Source: a virus
Taxonomy: Duplodnaviria > Heunggongvirae > Uroviricota > Caudoviricetes
Virus record (IMG/VR): IMGVR_UViG_3300017560_000307
Length of the DNA: 64,000 nucleotides
Direction: 5' to 3' (one strand)
In this document: positions 28,100 to 36,486 of the stretch, in pieces
Position numbering within the stretch: the first letter of the stretch is position 1
Layout of the letters: each line of letters opens with the position of its first letter
The notes under the pieces: generated by a model
Databases searched by the model: none
The model's input: only the letters and a program-made list of their open reading frames with translations
What the model was told of the DNA's origin: nothing
Made by a program: the position numbers and the translations under genes

Positions 28100-28172
28100 G
28101 CTTCCTTAGCTCATCAGGTAGAGCGGCGCACTTGTAATGCGCTGGTACGGGGTTCGAGTCCTCGAGGAAGCC
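28100..28172 (+). tRNA. tRNA-Thr: tRNA-Thr (TGT)
   Basis: Acceptor GCTTCCT/AGGAAGC, anticodon stem-loop GCGCA-CTTGTAA-TGCGC, T-loop TTCGAGT. Confidence 0.65.
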
Positions 28173-28176
28173 CCCT

Positions 28177-28250
28177 CTTGGCGTAGAGTAGCGGACGTAC
28201 TCGCTTCCCTTGGAAGGAAGAAATCGCTCGTTCGAATCGAGCCGCCTTGA
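28177..28250 (+). tRNA. tRNA-Pro: tRNA-Pro (TGG), acceptor stem with two U-U mismatches
   Basis: D-arm GAGT/ACTC, anticodon CTTCC-CTTGGAA-GGAAG, T-arm GCTCG-TTCGAAT-CGAGC, CCA encoded. Acceptor pairs 2:71 and 3:70 are mismatched, so it may be a pseudo-tRNA. Confidence 0.45.
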
Positions 28251-28254
28251 CCAT

Positions 28255-28326
28255 GGGTCTCTAGCACAACGATAGTGCAGCATCCCTGCAAGATGAAGGT
28301 TCTCAGTTTGAATCTGAGGAGATCCA
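28255..28326 (+). tRNA. tRNA-Ala: tRNA-Ala (TGC)
   Basis: Acceptor GGGTCTC/GAGATCC, D-arm GCAC/GTGC, anticodon loop CCTGCAA (C at position 33), T-arm CTCAG-TTTGAAT-CTGAG, CCA encoded. Confidence 0.5.
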
Positions 28327-28333
28327 CCAATTC

Positions 28334-28407
28334 GGGCTCGTCGCATAGCGGCCTATTGCAGCGGACTCTTAATCCGCCTTTCCCTGGTTCAAATCCAGGC
28401 GAGCTCA
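28334..28407 (+). tRNA. tRNA-Lys: tRNA-Lys (CTT)
   Basis: Anticodon stem-loop GCGGA-CTCTTAA-TCCGC, T-arm CCTGG-TTCAAAT-CCAGG, CCA encoded. Confidence 0.65.
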
Positions 28408-28414
28408 CCAGTTT

Positions 28415-28485
28415 GGGGATGTAGTGAAATGGCATCACGCTTGGTTTTCAACCAGGTATCCAGGGGTCAGAACCCTGCTTCCCTA
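28415..28485 (+). tRNA. tRNA-Glu: tRNA-Glu (TTC)
   Basis: D-arm GTGA/TCAC, anticodon CTTGG-TTTTCAA-CCAGG, T-arm CAGGG-GTCAGAA-CCCTG, CCA encoded. One acceptor mismatch. Confidence 0.5.
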
Positions 28486-28491
28486 CCATGT

Positions 28492-28564
28492 GTCCCTGTC
28501 GTCTAGAGGACCAGGACACCACCCTCTCAAGGTGGAAACCGGGGATCGTGACCCCGTGGGGATA
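28492..28564 (+). tRNA. tRNA-Glu: tRNA-Glu (CTC)
   Basis: Bacterial tRNA-Glu-like D-arm GTCTAGAGGACCAGGAC, anticodon CCACC-CTCTCAA-GGTGG, T-arm CGGGG-ATCGTGA-CCCCG, CCA encoded. Three G-U pairs in the acceptor. Confidence 0.5.
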
Positions 28565-28571
28565 CCAATAT

Positions 28572-28643
28572 GCCTTCCTAGCTCAGAGGCAGAGCAGCGT
28601 CTTTACACGGCGACGGTCGGGATTTCAAAATTCTCGGAGGGTA
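28572..28643 (+). tRNA. tRNA-Val: tRNA-Val (TAC)
   Basis: D-arm AGCTCAGAGGCAGAGC, anticodon loop TTTACAC, CCA encoded. Imperfect T-stem. Confidence 0.45.
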
Positions 28644-28650
28644 CCAGTGA

Positions 28651-28722
28651 CCCGTTGTGATGAAATTGGCATCATGCCTCCCTGTTAAGGAGAGATTCTA
28701 GGTTCAAATCCTAGCATCGGGG
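28651..28722 (+). tRNA. tRNA-Asn: tRNA-Asn (GTT)
   Basis: D-arm ATGA/TCAT, anticodon CCTCC-CTGTTAA-GGAGA, T-arm CTAGG-TTCAAAT-CCTAG, CCA encoded. Confidence 0.55.
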
Positions 28723-28728
28723 CCATAT

Positions 28729-28800
28729 ATCCGCGTAGCTCAAGGGACAGAGTGCCACTCTGCGAAGGTGATGATGCATGTTCGATTCATGCCGTGGATA
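28729..28800 (+). tRNA. tRNA-Arg: tRNA-Arg (GCG)
   Basis: Acceptor ATCCGCG/CGTGGAT, anticodon loop CTGCGAA, T-arm GCATG-TTCGATT-CATGC, CCA encoded. Confidence 0.5.
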
Positions 28801-28806
28801 CCATTT

Positions 28807-28878
28807 GCGATCATAGCTCAGTGGTAGAGCGCAGCCTTGTCACGGCTGAGGCCGGCGGATCGTTCCCGCCTGGTCGCG
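28807..28878 (+). tRNA. tRNA-Asp: tRNA-Asp (GTC)
   Basis: D-arm AGCTCAGTGGTAGAGC, anticodon CAGCC-TTGTCAC-GGCTG, T-arm GGCGG-ATCGTTC-CCGCC, CCA encoded. Confidence 0.65.
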
Positions 28879-29187
28879 CCAGTTTGGATTGGTTGACTTG
28901 TAAAGCAATATGTGTTCAAATCTTAGCCCCTGAACCAAGTCTTGGATTGGTGCTCCACAGATTTATGCCCCTCATGGGATATGTCGCACGCCCTTTGGTA
29001 ACGTCCACTCAAACATCCCATCATCAAGACATCTTTCCATCTTCCTGTCTTCCTGTCTTTCCATCTAAACATCAAAACGTTTTGCCTCCCATACATCTTG
29101 TCGTCAGTAATGCTTGCCATCCAGCAGGCAAAACAGCCTCCCTTTCCTTCCGATCCTCCGCCCCGCCCTATGTCTTTTTGACACATC

Positions 29188-32100
29188 TTGTCTCCAAAAG
29201 AACATTTGTTCTACGATCATTTCACGCCACAAGGCGTGATTCTGTGTTGGCATGACTGGAGGCGCTGTGTGGCCTATACCGAACTCCATCTCCATACCGC
29301 CTTTTCTTTCCTTGATGGTGCGTCCCTACCCGAGGAGATCGTCGCCCAGGCCACCGCCTACGGATACCGGTCCCTGGCTATCACCGATCACGACGGGCTT
29401 TATGGCGCCATGGAGTTCGCCCAGGCAGCACGCGCCGCCGGTATCACGCCCATCACCGGTGCCGAGATCACCCTTGACGACGGCTCACATCTCACCCTGC
29501 TCGCGGAATCCCGCACTGGCTACGGCAATCTCTGTCGCCTGCTCACCGATAGCAAGCATGGCAGGCCACCCGCCCCGGTCCCCGTACGATCCGATCCTCC
29601 TACCGTACACCCGGTCCTCAAAACGTCTGATCTCGCCAGTTATGCCGAGGGGCTGATCCTGCTCACCGGGTGCCGCAACGGCCAACTGGCCCGCGCCATT
29701 GACGAGCATCGGCTATACGATGCCGAAACCATCCTCTCGACCTACATCGCCTGGTTCGGCCAGGACAATGTCATCGTTGAGCTCCAGCAAAACTACGTTT
29801 TTGGTGACACGCCTCGTATCGCCCGTCTCGTGGCCCTCGCCGATCGGTTCGGAGTGCGCTACGCCGCCACCGGCAATGTGCACTATCACCTGCAGGAACG
29901 TCATCGCCTGCAGGATGTCCTGGTCGCCATCGCCCACCGGGCGACCCTGGATACCTCACATCGGGAACGCCGACCGAACGCTCACTTCCATCTCCGCACC
30001 CCGGAGGAGATGGCCGCTATCTTCGCTGACTACCCGGAAGCGATCCGCACGACAGAGATCATCGCCGAACGCTGCGCCGCCTTCGACCTCACACAAGATT
30101 TACAGTACGAATTTCCGGATTATGAAGCTGGCACAGGGGAATCACCGGATGCCTTTCTCTCCCGGGTGTGCCATGAGGCATTCGCCGATCGATACAGATC
30201 ATCATCGCCAACCATGCGGGATAAGGCCTTCACCCAATTGCAAGAGGAACTGAGGTTGATTGCGCTGCATGGGTTGGCAGGATTCTTTCTGCTTTACCGG
30301 GATTTGCTGAATCTCGCCCGCGATGTCGCCGCTGAGCTCCGAGGTCGTGAAGCCACCGGCTCCCGTAAATTCCTGCCTCCGGGTCGCGGCCGTGGATCAT
30401 CCGTGAGTTCGATTGTGTGCTATTTGACGGGGCTATCTCCGGTCGATCCCCTCGCCCATGATTTGTACCTGGGAAGGTTCCTTAATGAGGAGTTGCCATC
30501 AATCCCAGATATTGATATCGACTTCCCGCGCGAAATCCGCGAACGCATGATCGAACGCGTCTACGAGGTCTACGGTGCGGACCGGGTTGCCCTGGTCTGT
30601 GCTTTCTCCACCTACCGCCTCCGCAGCGCCGTACGGGATGTGGGCAAAACCCTCGGCCTTCCCCTGACCGATCTGGACCGGATTGCCAAACTCAGCGAAC
30701 CACGCTCCGCCGATGGCCTCGCCGAAGAACTGGATCGATTACCGGAATATGCCGCCCGCAAGAACACCCCGCCCTGGTGCTACCTGATCGACCTTGCCAA
30801 ACAACTCGCCGGCTTTCCCCGTCACGTCACCCAGCACGTCGGGGGGATGATTATCTCGGCCACGCCACTCAATGAAATCGTCCCGATCCAGCCCGCCGCC
30901 ATGGATGGCCGCTATATCTGTCAATGGGACAAGGACTCAACCAGAGACGCTCACTTCGTCAAGATTGACTTCCTCGCCCTGGGCATGCTCTCGTTAGTGG
31001 AAGAATGCCTCGATCTGATCGACGCCTCCGGACGCCAACCGATAGATTTAAGTCGCATCGATTTCAACGACCCCAACGTCTTTCATATGATCCAGGAGGG
31101 CGACACCATCGGTGTATTCCAGGTCGAGAGCCGTGCCCAGATCCAGATGATCCGCCGCACCAAACCGGAAAGTCTGGCGGATTTGATCGTTCAGGTAGCA
31201 ATCGTCCGCCCAGGGCCAATCATCGGTGGGGCCGTCGCCCCATTCGTCGAGAGGCGGATCAATCCCCATTACCAGACCGTCTATGACCACCCCAAACTCG
31301 AGCCGGTTCTAAAAGAGACGTTGGGGGTCATCCTCTACCAGGAACAGGTTTTGCAGGTAGCCGAAGTCATCGCCGGATTCACGCCTGGCCAGGCCGATCA
31401 ATTGCGTCGGGCCATGACCCGCAAACGATCGCACGAAGCCATGGAATCCATGCGACAGGATTTTATTACCGGTGCCGAGGGTGAAGGGATTACCCCCGAA
31501 CTAGCCAGCGACATCTTCACCAAACTGGCCGGATTTGCCGATTATGGATTCCCGAAGAGCCACGCGGCGGCCTTCGGTCTCCTCGCCTACCAGTCGTGCT
31601 GGCTCAAGCACTACTATCCAGCCGAGTTTCTCTGTGCCCTTCTCAATAACCAGCCTATGGGGTTCTACGCCCCGCATGTCCTGATCAACGACGCCAAACG
31701 TCACGGCACTCGCGTCCTCCGACCGGATATCAATGCCAGCCATCTGGAATGCACCGTTGAAGGCAAGCGCACCGTCCGGATCGGCCTCACGTTCGTCAAA
31801 GGGCTATCGGAAGATGCCGCCCTGCGCATCGCCGGGGAGCGTCAGCTCAACGGTCCGTATCGTTCTCTCGCCGATCTTATCCGACGGGTCGCCCTCCGCC
31901 CGGAGGCCCAGCAGAACCTGATCGCCGCGGGCGCCTGCGACTGCTTCGGTTTGCAACGACGCGAAATGCTGTGGCAGATCGGGCTATTCGTGTCACCGAA
32001 GAGATTTGGCGCCAGGAGACGACGGGGAAAACATCCGGGGCAGCAACTCCCTCTGGCATTACCCACCATCCAGGATCAGGTGACTCTTCCCCGCACCACG

Positions 32101-32643
32101 CTCTGGCAACGTATGGTGGATGAATACGAAATAATCGATATGAATCTGCACCATCATCCCCTGCAGTTATTGCGTAAGCAGCAGCCCCGGGGAACATCAT
32201 CCAGCCGGGACCTGGAACATCTTCCCGATGGGATGAAGGTTTTCTTGCCCGGTCTCGTGGTTTGCCGGCAACGGCCCGCCACGGCCAAAGGCATCACGTT
32301 CCTGCTGTTGGAAGATGAATTTGGCCTCGTGAATGTCGTCGTCTATCCCGATCTGTATGACCGGCAACGACAGCATGTGAGATCCACATCGTTATTGACC
32401 GTGGAAGGCCGACTCCAACTCGCCAACAACAACATCAATATTGTGGCCGAACGGCTCCATCCAATTGAGACCAACGGCATGGTGAAGGATCCCCCGCGGT
32501 GGGGAGAATCAGCCCCGGTATCAACCGAGGTCAATCCTGACACCATCCAGCTCGTCCAGCTGCCCGCCCGCGATCTCATCGAGACACCACTCACCAGCGC
32601 CGATATCCGGGCCGTCAATCCGGAATCGCACAACTATCGCTAG
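29188..32643 (+). CDS. dnaE: DNA polymerase III alpha-subunit family (DnaE-type, N-terminal PHP domain); possible GTG start at about 29269
   Basis: PHP motif YTELHLHTAFSFLDGAS…ITDHDGLYG, polymerase core motifs, C-terminal OB-like region. 1151 aa. Confidence 0.85.
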   Translation: MSPKEHLFYDHFTPQGVILCWHDWRRCVAYTELHLHTAFSFLDGASLPEEIVAQATAYGYRSLAITDHDGLYGAMEFAQAARAAGITPITGAEITLDDGSHLTLLAESRTGYGNLCRLLTDSKHGRPPAPVPVRSDPPTVHPVLKTSDLASYAEGLILLTGCRNGQLARAIDEHRLYDAETILSTYIAWFGQDNVIVELQQNYVFGDTPRIARLVALADRFGVRYAATGNVHYHLQERHRLQDVLVAIAHRATLDTSHRERRPNAHFHLRTPEEMAAIFADYPEAIRTTEIIAERCAAFDLTQDLQYEFPDYEAGTGESPDAFLSRVCHEAFADRYRSSSPTMRDKAFTQLQEELRLIALHGLAGFFLLYRDLLNLARDVAAELRGREATGSRKFLPPGRGRGSSVSSIVCYLTGLSPVDPLAHDLYLGRFLNEELPSIPDIDIDFPREIRERMIERVYEVYGADRVALVCAFSTYRLRSAVRDVGKTLGLPLTDLDRIAKLSEPRSADGLAEELDRLPEYAARKNTPPWCYLIDLAKQLAGFPRHVTQHVGGMIISATPLNEIVPIQPAAMDGRYICQWDKDSTRDAHFVKIDFLALGMLSLVEECLDLIDASGRQPIDLSRIDFNDPNVFHMIQEGDTIGVFQVESRAQIQMIRRTKPESLADLIVQVAIVRPGPIIGGAVAPFVERRINPHYQTVYDHPKLEPVLKETLGVILYQEQVLQVAEVIAGFTPGQADQLRRAMTRKRSHEAMESMRQDFITGAEGEGITPELASDIFTKLAGFADYGFPKSHAAAFGLLAYQSCWLKHYYPAEFLCALLNNQPMGFYAPHVLINDAKRHGTRVLRPDINASHLECTVEGKRTVRIGLTFVKGLSEDAALRIAGERQLNGPYRSLADLIRRVALRPEAQQNLIAAGACDCFGLQRREMLWQIGLFVSPKRFGARRRRGKHPGQQLPLALPTIQDQVTLPRTTLWQRMVDEYEIIDMNLHHHPLQLLRKQQPRGTSSSRDLEHLPDGMKVFLPGLVVCRQRPATAKGITFLLLEDEFGLVNVVVYPDLYDRQRQHVRSTSLLTVEGRLQLANNNINIVAERLHPIETNGMVKDPPRWGESAPVSTEVNPDTIQLVQLPARDLIETPLTSADIRAVNPESHNYR

Positions 32644-32693
32644 TTAATCCTTGAAAGATTGTAGCTGTATCCGAGTCTCCTGCCATCTCACCA

Positions 32694-32769
32694 TTTAGAC
32701 ATCCAGATGTTTAACCATTTCTCCATCACTACTGCATAGCATCTTGGAATATAGACATCCCAACATCTC
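32694..32769. promoter_or_regulatory. operator-like ACATC/GATGT inverted repeats downstream of dnaE
   Basis: TTTAGACATCCAGATGTTTAACC and ATAGACATCCCAACATCTCC. Confidence 0.4.
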
Positions 32770-32955
32770 CAAATTCGAGTGAAAAAGAAAACCCCGGCAT
32801 CAACCGGGGTTCAGGGCACTCTTGAGATAGCAGCACATCTCTTCCTTTTAATATCACAACCGATTGATACTCTCTGCGACCATCTCCCGCACCTGATTGT
32901 GCCTCATCAGCGGATCGAAATTCACAATCCAGTCCTCCCCTGCCTTGGCTCCATG

Positions 32956-33246
32956 TTACTGGCCAAGGATATGCCCCAGTTCCGCCTTCGTATAATAAGA
33001 TTCCTCATTTTCAAGTCTGTCCGTCGAACCACCCTCAAAGAAGCGGATTTCATCCTGATACTCTTTCCAGGCAACTGGGTTGGCCCGAAGTCGCTCGACT
33101 GAATTCTCAACCTCCCGCCAGAATTTCTCCTTCTGGTACTGAGAGAGTGCGTCCTCAATCACCTGACTGATGGGTCGTCCTTCTTCAATGGAAAGCGCCC
33201 GCAATGTGGCGGCCAATTGACTATCGACTCGTATGGCGGTGGTCAT
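32956..33246 (-). CDS. ribbon-helix-helix (CopG/Arc-like) DNA-binding protein
   Basis: N-terminus MTTAIRVDSQLAATLRALSIEEGRPISQVIEDAL is RHH-like. Transcribed divergently from parA across an operator-rich region. Confidence 0.5.
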   Translation of the reverse strand: MTTAIRVDSQLAATLRALSIEEGRPISQVIEDALSQYQKEKFWREVENSVERLRANPVAWKEYQDEIRFFEGGSTDRLENEESYYTKAELGHILGQ

Positions 33247-33344
33247 TGTTCACATCCTTTCATGGGTCTGTCCTATATTCTCTCAAATCTCCCACCCCAT
33301 CCATGACTTCGTGTACACCTCCATATATCTCATGTCGATATGGT

Positions 33345-33615
33345 GACACATCCAGATGTCTTGATGTCTACATTCTAACCAGTATTGACATCATGAAATC
33401 TTACCGTCTTACCATCTCACCATCATAGACTCTTAACTTCTAACTGGCTTTAGGGTTAACCATTCTTATGTTTAACCACTAAAACTTGCCAACATATTCC
33501 CATTCAGACATCCCGATGTGTGGCCATTCATATGGCTAGACATCTGGATGGAAAAACATTTGGATGTCTGGCAAACTGTACGTACAAGACATGTTGACAT
33601 CGAGACATCTCGACG
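33345..33615. promoter_or_regulatory. cluster of at least 6 ACATC-n2-GATGT operator-like inverted repeats (candidate parS/operator region)
   Basis: GACACATCCAGATGTCTTGATGTCTAC, CAGACATCCCGATGTG, CTAGACATCTGGATGG, TTGGATGTCTGG, AAGACATGTTGACATCGAGACATCTCGAC. Lies between the RHH gene and parA. Confidence 0.5.
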
Positions 33616-34421
33616 CCTACTGTCTGCTATCGATGAGTGACGCTGGTCACAAGGACGGGAGACACATGCCAACGAAGCAACGCATTATCGCAATCGCGTC
33701 GCAGAAGGGTGGGGTGGGGAAAACCACTTCCACACTCAATATCTCGGCAGAGCTGGCGGCTGCGGGTCAACGAGTACTGATGGTCGATCTCGATCCCCAG
33801 GGCCACCTGGCTGAGGGATTGGGTATTAGCGCAGTAGATCTCGAGCACGAAATATCTGAAGTTCTCTTGCGCGAGACCTCGCTCGCTGACATCATCCTGC
33901 AGGTCAGGGAAAATCTCGACCTGGCACCTGCCAATATCCGGCTGGCCACCATCGAGGGGGTCTTGTTTGGTGCTCCACGTCGGGAAGACCGTCTCAAGCA
34001 GGCGCTGGAGACCGTCCAGGGCCGCTACGACGTCGTTTTGATCGATTGCCCACCCAGCCTTGGCAATCTCACCGTCAACGCCTTCTCGGCCGCCACAGAG
34101 GTTCTCATTCCCATGGCTGTGGAGTTCTACTCCCTGTTGGGGGTGCAGCTACTCCTGGACTCCATCACGAATGCCAGGATGGAGATCAACCCCAAGTTAC
34201 ACCTGCTCGGTATTCTACCCACCAGGATGAACCGAACCAATCATGCCGCCGCGGTACTGGAGAAAGCCCGGACGGACTGGCCAGAGGTTCATCTCTTCGA
34301 GCCGCCGATACCAGAAGCCGTCGCGGTGAGAGACAGCGTGGCAGCCGGGCAACCGCTCCGGGAGTTCAACCCGGTGTCCCCCGCAACTAAAGCCTATGCC
34401 ACGATTGCCAAGGAGTTCTAG
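33564..34421 (+). CDS. parA: ParA-family partition ATPase (likely start ATG 33666)
   Basis: Deviant Walker A IAIASQKGGVGKTT. 251 aa from the probable start. Confidence 0.75.
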   Translation: MSGKLYVQDMLTSRHLDAYCLLSMSDAGHKDGRHMPTKQRIIAIASQKGGVGKTTSTLNISAELAAAGQRVLMVDLDPQGHLAEGLGISAVDLEHEISEVLLRETSLADIILQVRENLDLAPANIRLATIEGVLFGAPRREDRLKQALETVQGRYDVVLIDCPPSLGNLTVNAFSAATEVLIPMAVEFYSLLGVQLLLDSITNARMEINPKLHLLGILPTRMNRTNHAAAVLEKARTDWPEVHLFEPPIPEAVAVRDSVAAGQPLREFNPVSPATKAYATIAKEF

Positions 34422-34423
34422 TC

Positions 34424-34696
34424 ATGGCCCGTAAACCATCACCTGTCGCCTCCCGCCAGACGAATAAGCCGGCCGCGGATGAGTTTTGGCAGAAGTCTCC
34501 TGATGAAGATGAAACTGATGAGATTATAGAAATCCAACCCAAAACCAAACGAACGTATCACCTGCCAGATACCACTCCCCAGCTTCTGATGAAAATCCAG
34601 CTGAAGAGATATTTGGATACTGGCAAAAAGACGGACTACTCGGATCTGGTGAGTGAGGCTGTTGAATACCTCGCCGCAGCCGAAGAGGTTAAATAG
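34424..34696 (+). CDS. small partition-associated (ParB/ParG-like) protein
   Basis: 90 aa, immediately downstream of parA with a 2-nt gap. Confidence 0.4.
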   Translation: MARKPSPVASRQTNKPAADEFWQKSPDEDETDEIIEIQPKTKRTYHLPDTTPQLLMKIQLKRYLDTGKKTDYSDLVSEAVEYLAAAEEVK

Positions 34697-34880
34697 TCAC
34701 TACTACCCTCGGGGCTCACGGTATGTCCAACTTGTCATGAGATCATGACTTTTAACGCAGTGTCATATACTCTGTTACCAGCTGGGAGACAATACGTGGT
34801 GCTGTGCTTGTTGAGTACTCTGCGCGCCCATTCTTGATGGCTGACTAGAAGCACACTAATCCTAACTCCAGGCGGCAAGC

Positions 34881-35789
34881 ATGGCTGAAGACGAACTCAA
34901 GTCAAAAACCTTCGAGGGATTCTCCAGTCCCAACTATACCCAGGTGCCCGACGCCCTGTTCGACTACCTCTTGCCCGATCTCTCCGAGATAGAAATCAAG
35001 GTGCTGCTCTATATCATCCGCCGCACCTTCGGTTTCAAAAAGGACTCCGACAACATTTCCCTCCGTCAGCTCTCCGAAGGGATCACCACCAAAGACGGGA
35101 AGCAGCTGGATCGGGGAACCGGACTCTCCAAGTCCGGGGTTACCAAAGCCCTCCTGAGCCTACGCAAAAAAGGCATTCTGATCCGCTATCGCAACTCGGA
35201 CACGGTGCGGGGATCCACCCCCACCACCTACCGGTTACGCATGGCCGGTGATCCCCTGGATAACCAGGATGAAGTGCCCGATGTGGGAGATTACCCCCTG
35301 TCCACAGGTGTAGACACCCCTGTCCACAGGCGTGGACACCCCCTGTCCACAGGTATAGACACCCCTGTCCACGGTGGTAGACAGCCCCTGTCCACAGGCG
35401 TGGACACACAAGAAACAGTTAAACAACAAACAGAAGTTAGAGAAAGAGATCTCGAATTTTCGAATGGTCGGGTGGTCAGAATTAATTACTCGGAGACCCG
35501 GCGCGCGCTCCAACCGTACATCGAAGACTTTGCGCGAGAATTCGGGGATGAGGCCAAACTGTCATCCTCACTCAGCCGCGCCGTCAATCTCTGCGATCGC
35601 AGCGGTCTGGACATCGATGAGTTTATTGATGTGCTCCTAGCTGCCCGAGCCAAGACCAAGGAAAAATCGGCATCGATCAGCAAGCAAGCCGGCGATGGGG
35701 GAATGTGGGGAACGAAGAAAAACCGGATGCCCTATTGGTTCAAAATCGTCGAAGACATGCTTGGTCTCAAGGACCAGCAATCTGGATAG
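34881..35789 (+). CDS. phage replisome organizer / replication initiator (winged-helix N-terminal domain) with internal iteron array
   Basis: IEIKVLLYIIRRTFGFKK…ISLRQLSEGI…KSGVTKALLSLRKKGIL matches the phage replisome-organizer N-terminal domain. The central region PLSTGVDTPVH x4 is encoded by DNA iterons. Confidence 0.6.
   Translation: MAEDELKSKTFEGFSSPNYTQVPDALFDYLLPDLSEIEIKVLLYIIRRTFGFKKDSDNISLRQLSEGITTKDGKQLDRGTGLSKSGVTKALLSLRKKGILIRYRNSDTVRGSTPTTYRLRMAGDPLDNQDEVPDVGDYPLSTGVDTPVHRRGHPLSTGIDTPVHGGRQPLSTGVDTQETVKQQTEVRERDLEFSNGRVVRINYSETRRALQPYIEDFAREFGDEAKLSSSLSRAVNLCDRSGLDIDEFIDVLLAARAKTKEKSASISKQAGDGGMWGTKKNRMPYWFKIVEDMLGLKDQQSG
35294..35407 (+). repeat. five tandem 22-23 bp iterons (CCCCTGTCCACAGGYRTRGACAC) inside the rep gene; candidate origin
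   Basis: Direct repeats at about 35294, 35318, 35340, 35363 and 35385. The core TGTCCACAGG is near-palindromic. Confidence 0.6.
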
Positions 35790-35818
35790 CCATCAAGACA
35801 TCCTGATGCCTTGATGGC
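35789..35818 (+). terminator. hairpin GCCATCAAG-n12-CTTGATGGC after the rep gene
   Basis: 9-bp stem whose loop contains GACATCCTGATG. No strong T-run. Confidence 0.3.
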
Positions 35819-36486
35819 TCACGGGCGCTTTCAAAGACTGTAATTCACCAGGCAGATAATGTACCTGGCGGGAAATAGTTGACCACTTCCTCAGACGTAA
35901 TCGCCCCCCCCTGAAATCGCGGAGACACCTGGACATTTGTGTGCTAACCGCGCCACCTCATCAACGTCCAGACAATGACGACACCCTGAATCGAATCAGG
36001 ATGGCCAACGTTTCAGGTCAGCGGTGCCCAAGACCGGAGCCTGCCGGGAGCCTCTGTCGGTGCAGAAGGAGCAGGGGCGATCATGGGTCAGGTAAGGGAA
36101 TCGATCACGCCGAGGAACGTCGTCTTATCTATTGTACCTCTCAATGTTCCATACATCGGTTAGAGATACCGGTAAACGCTAAGGTGAAACCTTTACCGGT
36201 AGTGTGTCTGGAGTGCATGCAACGCAATTACGCTGATTATTGAGAGCGACTTTCCCTGAATGCGAAACAGGCATCCATAACGGCTTGACGTATCCATCCT
36301 GTGATGCTATTTTGGGTCATGTAACCCTCTCGTGGCCTTCGGGCCACACTTTGTGACAGCCTCTGTCACCTTCTTAACTGCCTTCGTTGCCACCTTTTTC
36401 GGCAACATCAACGATCACATTGGGTGATCGCCTGAACGGTAGTTCATGGTCTCTGATGACCATGGAAAGGTGATAGTCATGCGCTG

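Noticed and set aside
28883-28940. A 14th tRNA after tRNA-Asp
   Set aside because: Only a partial T-arm-like element (GTGTTCAAATCTTAGCC) is present, with no acceptor or anticodon stems. It is at most a remnant or an att-like fragment.
27790-29255. Protein ORFs 27790-28029, 28026-28346, 28106-28438, 28424-28660, 28488-28688, 28752-29255 and others from the track
   Set aside because: They overlap the 13-tRNA array on both strands and lack RBS or other support. They are artefacts of stop-poor structured RNA sequence.
29252-30253. Alternative-frame ORFs inside dnaE (29252-29656, 29699-30253 and antisense ORFs)
   Set aside because: They lie within a well-supported 1151-aa DnaE ORF. Their translations are Pro/Arg/Ser-rich low complexity.
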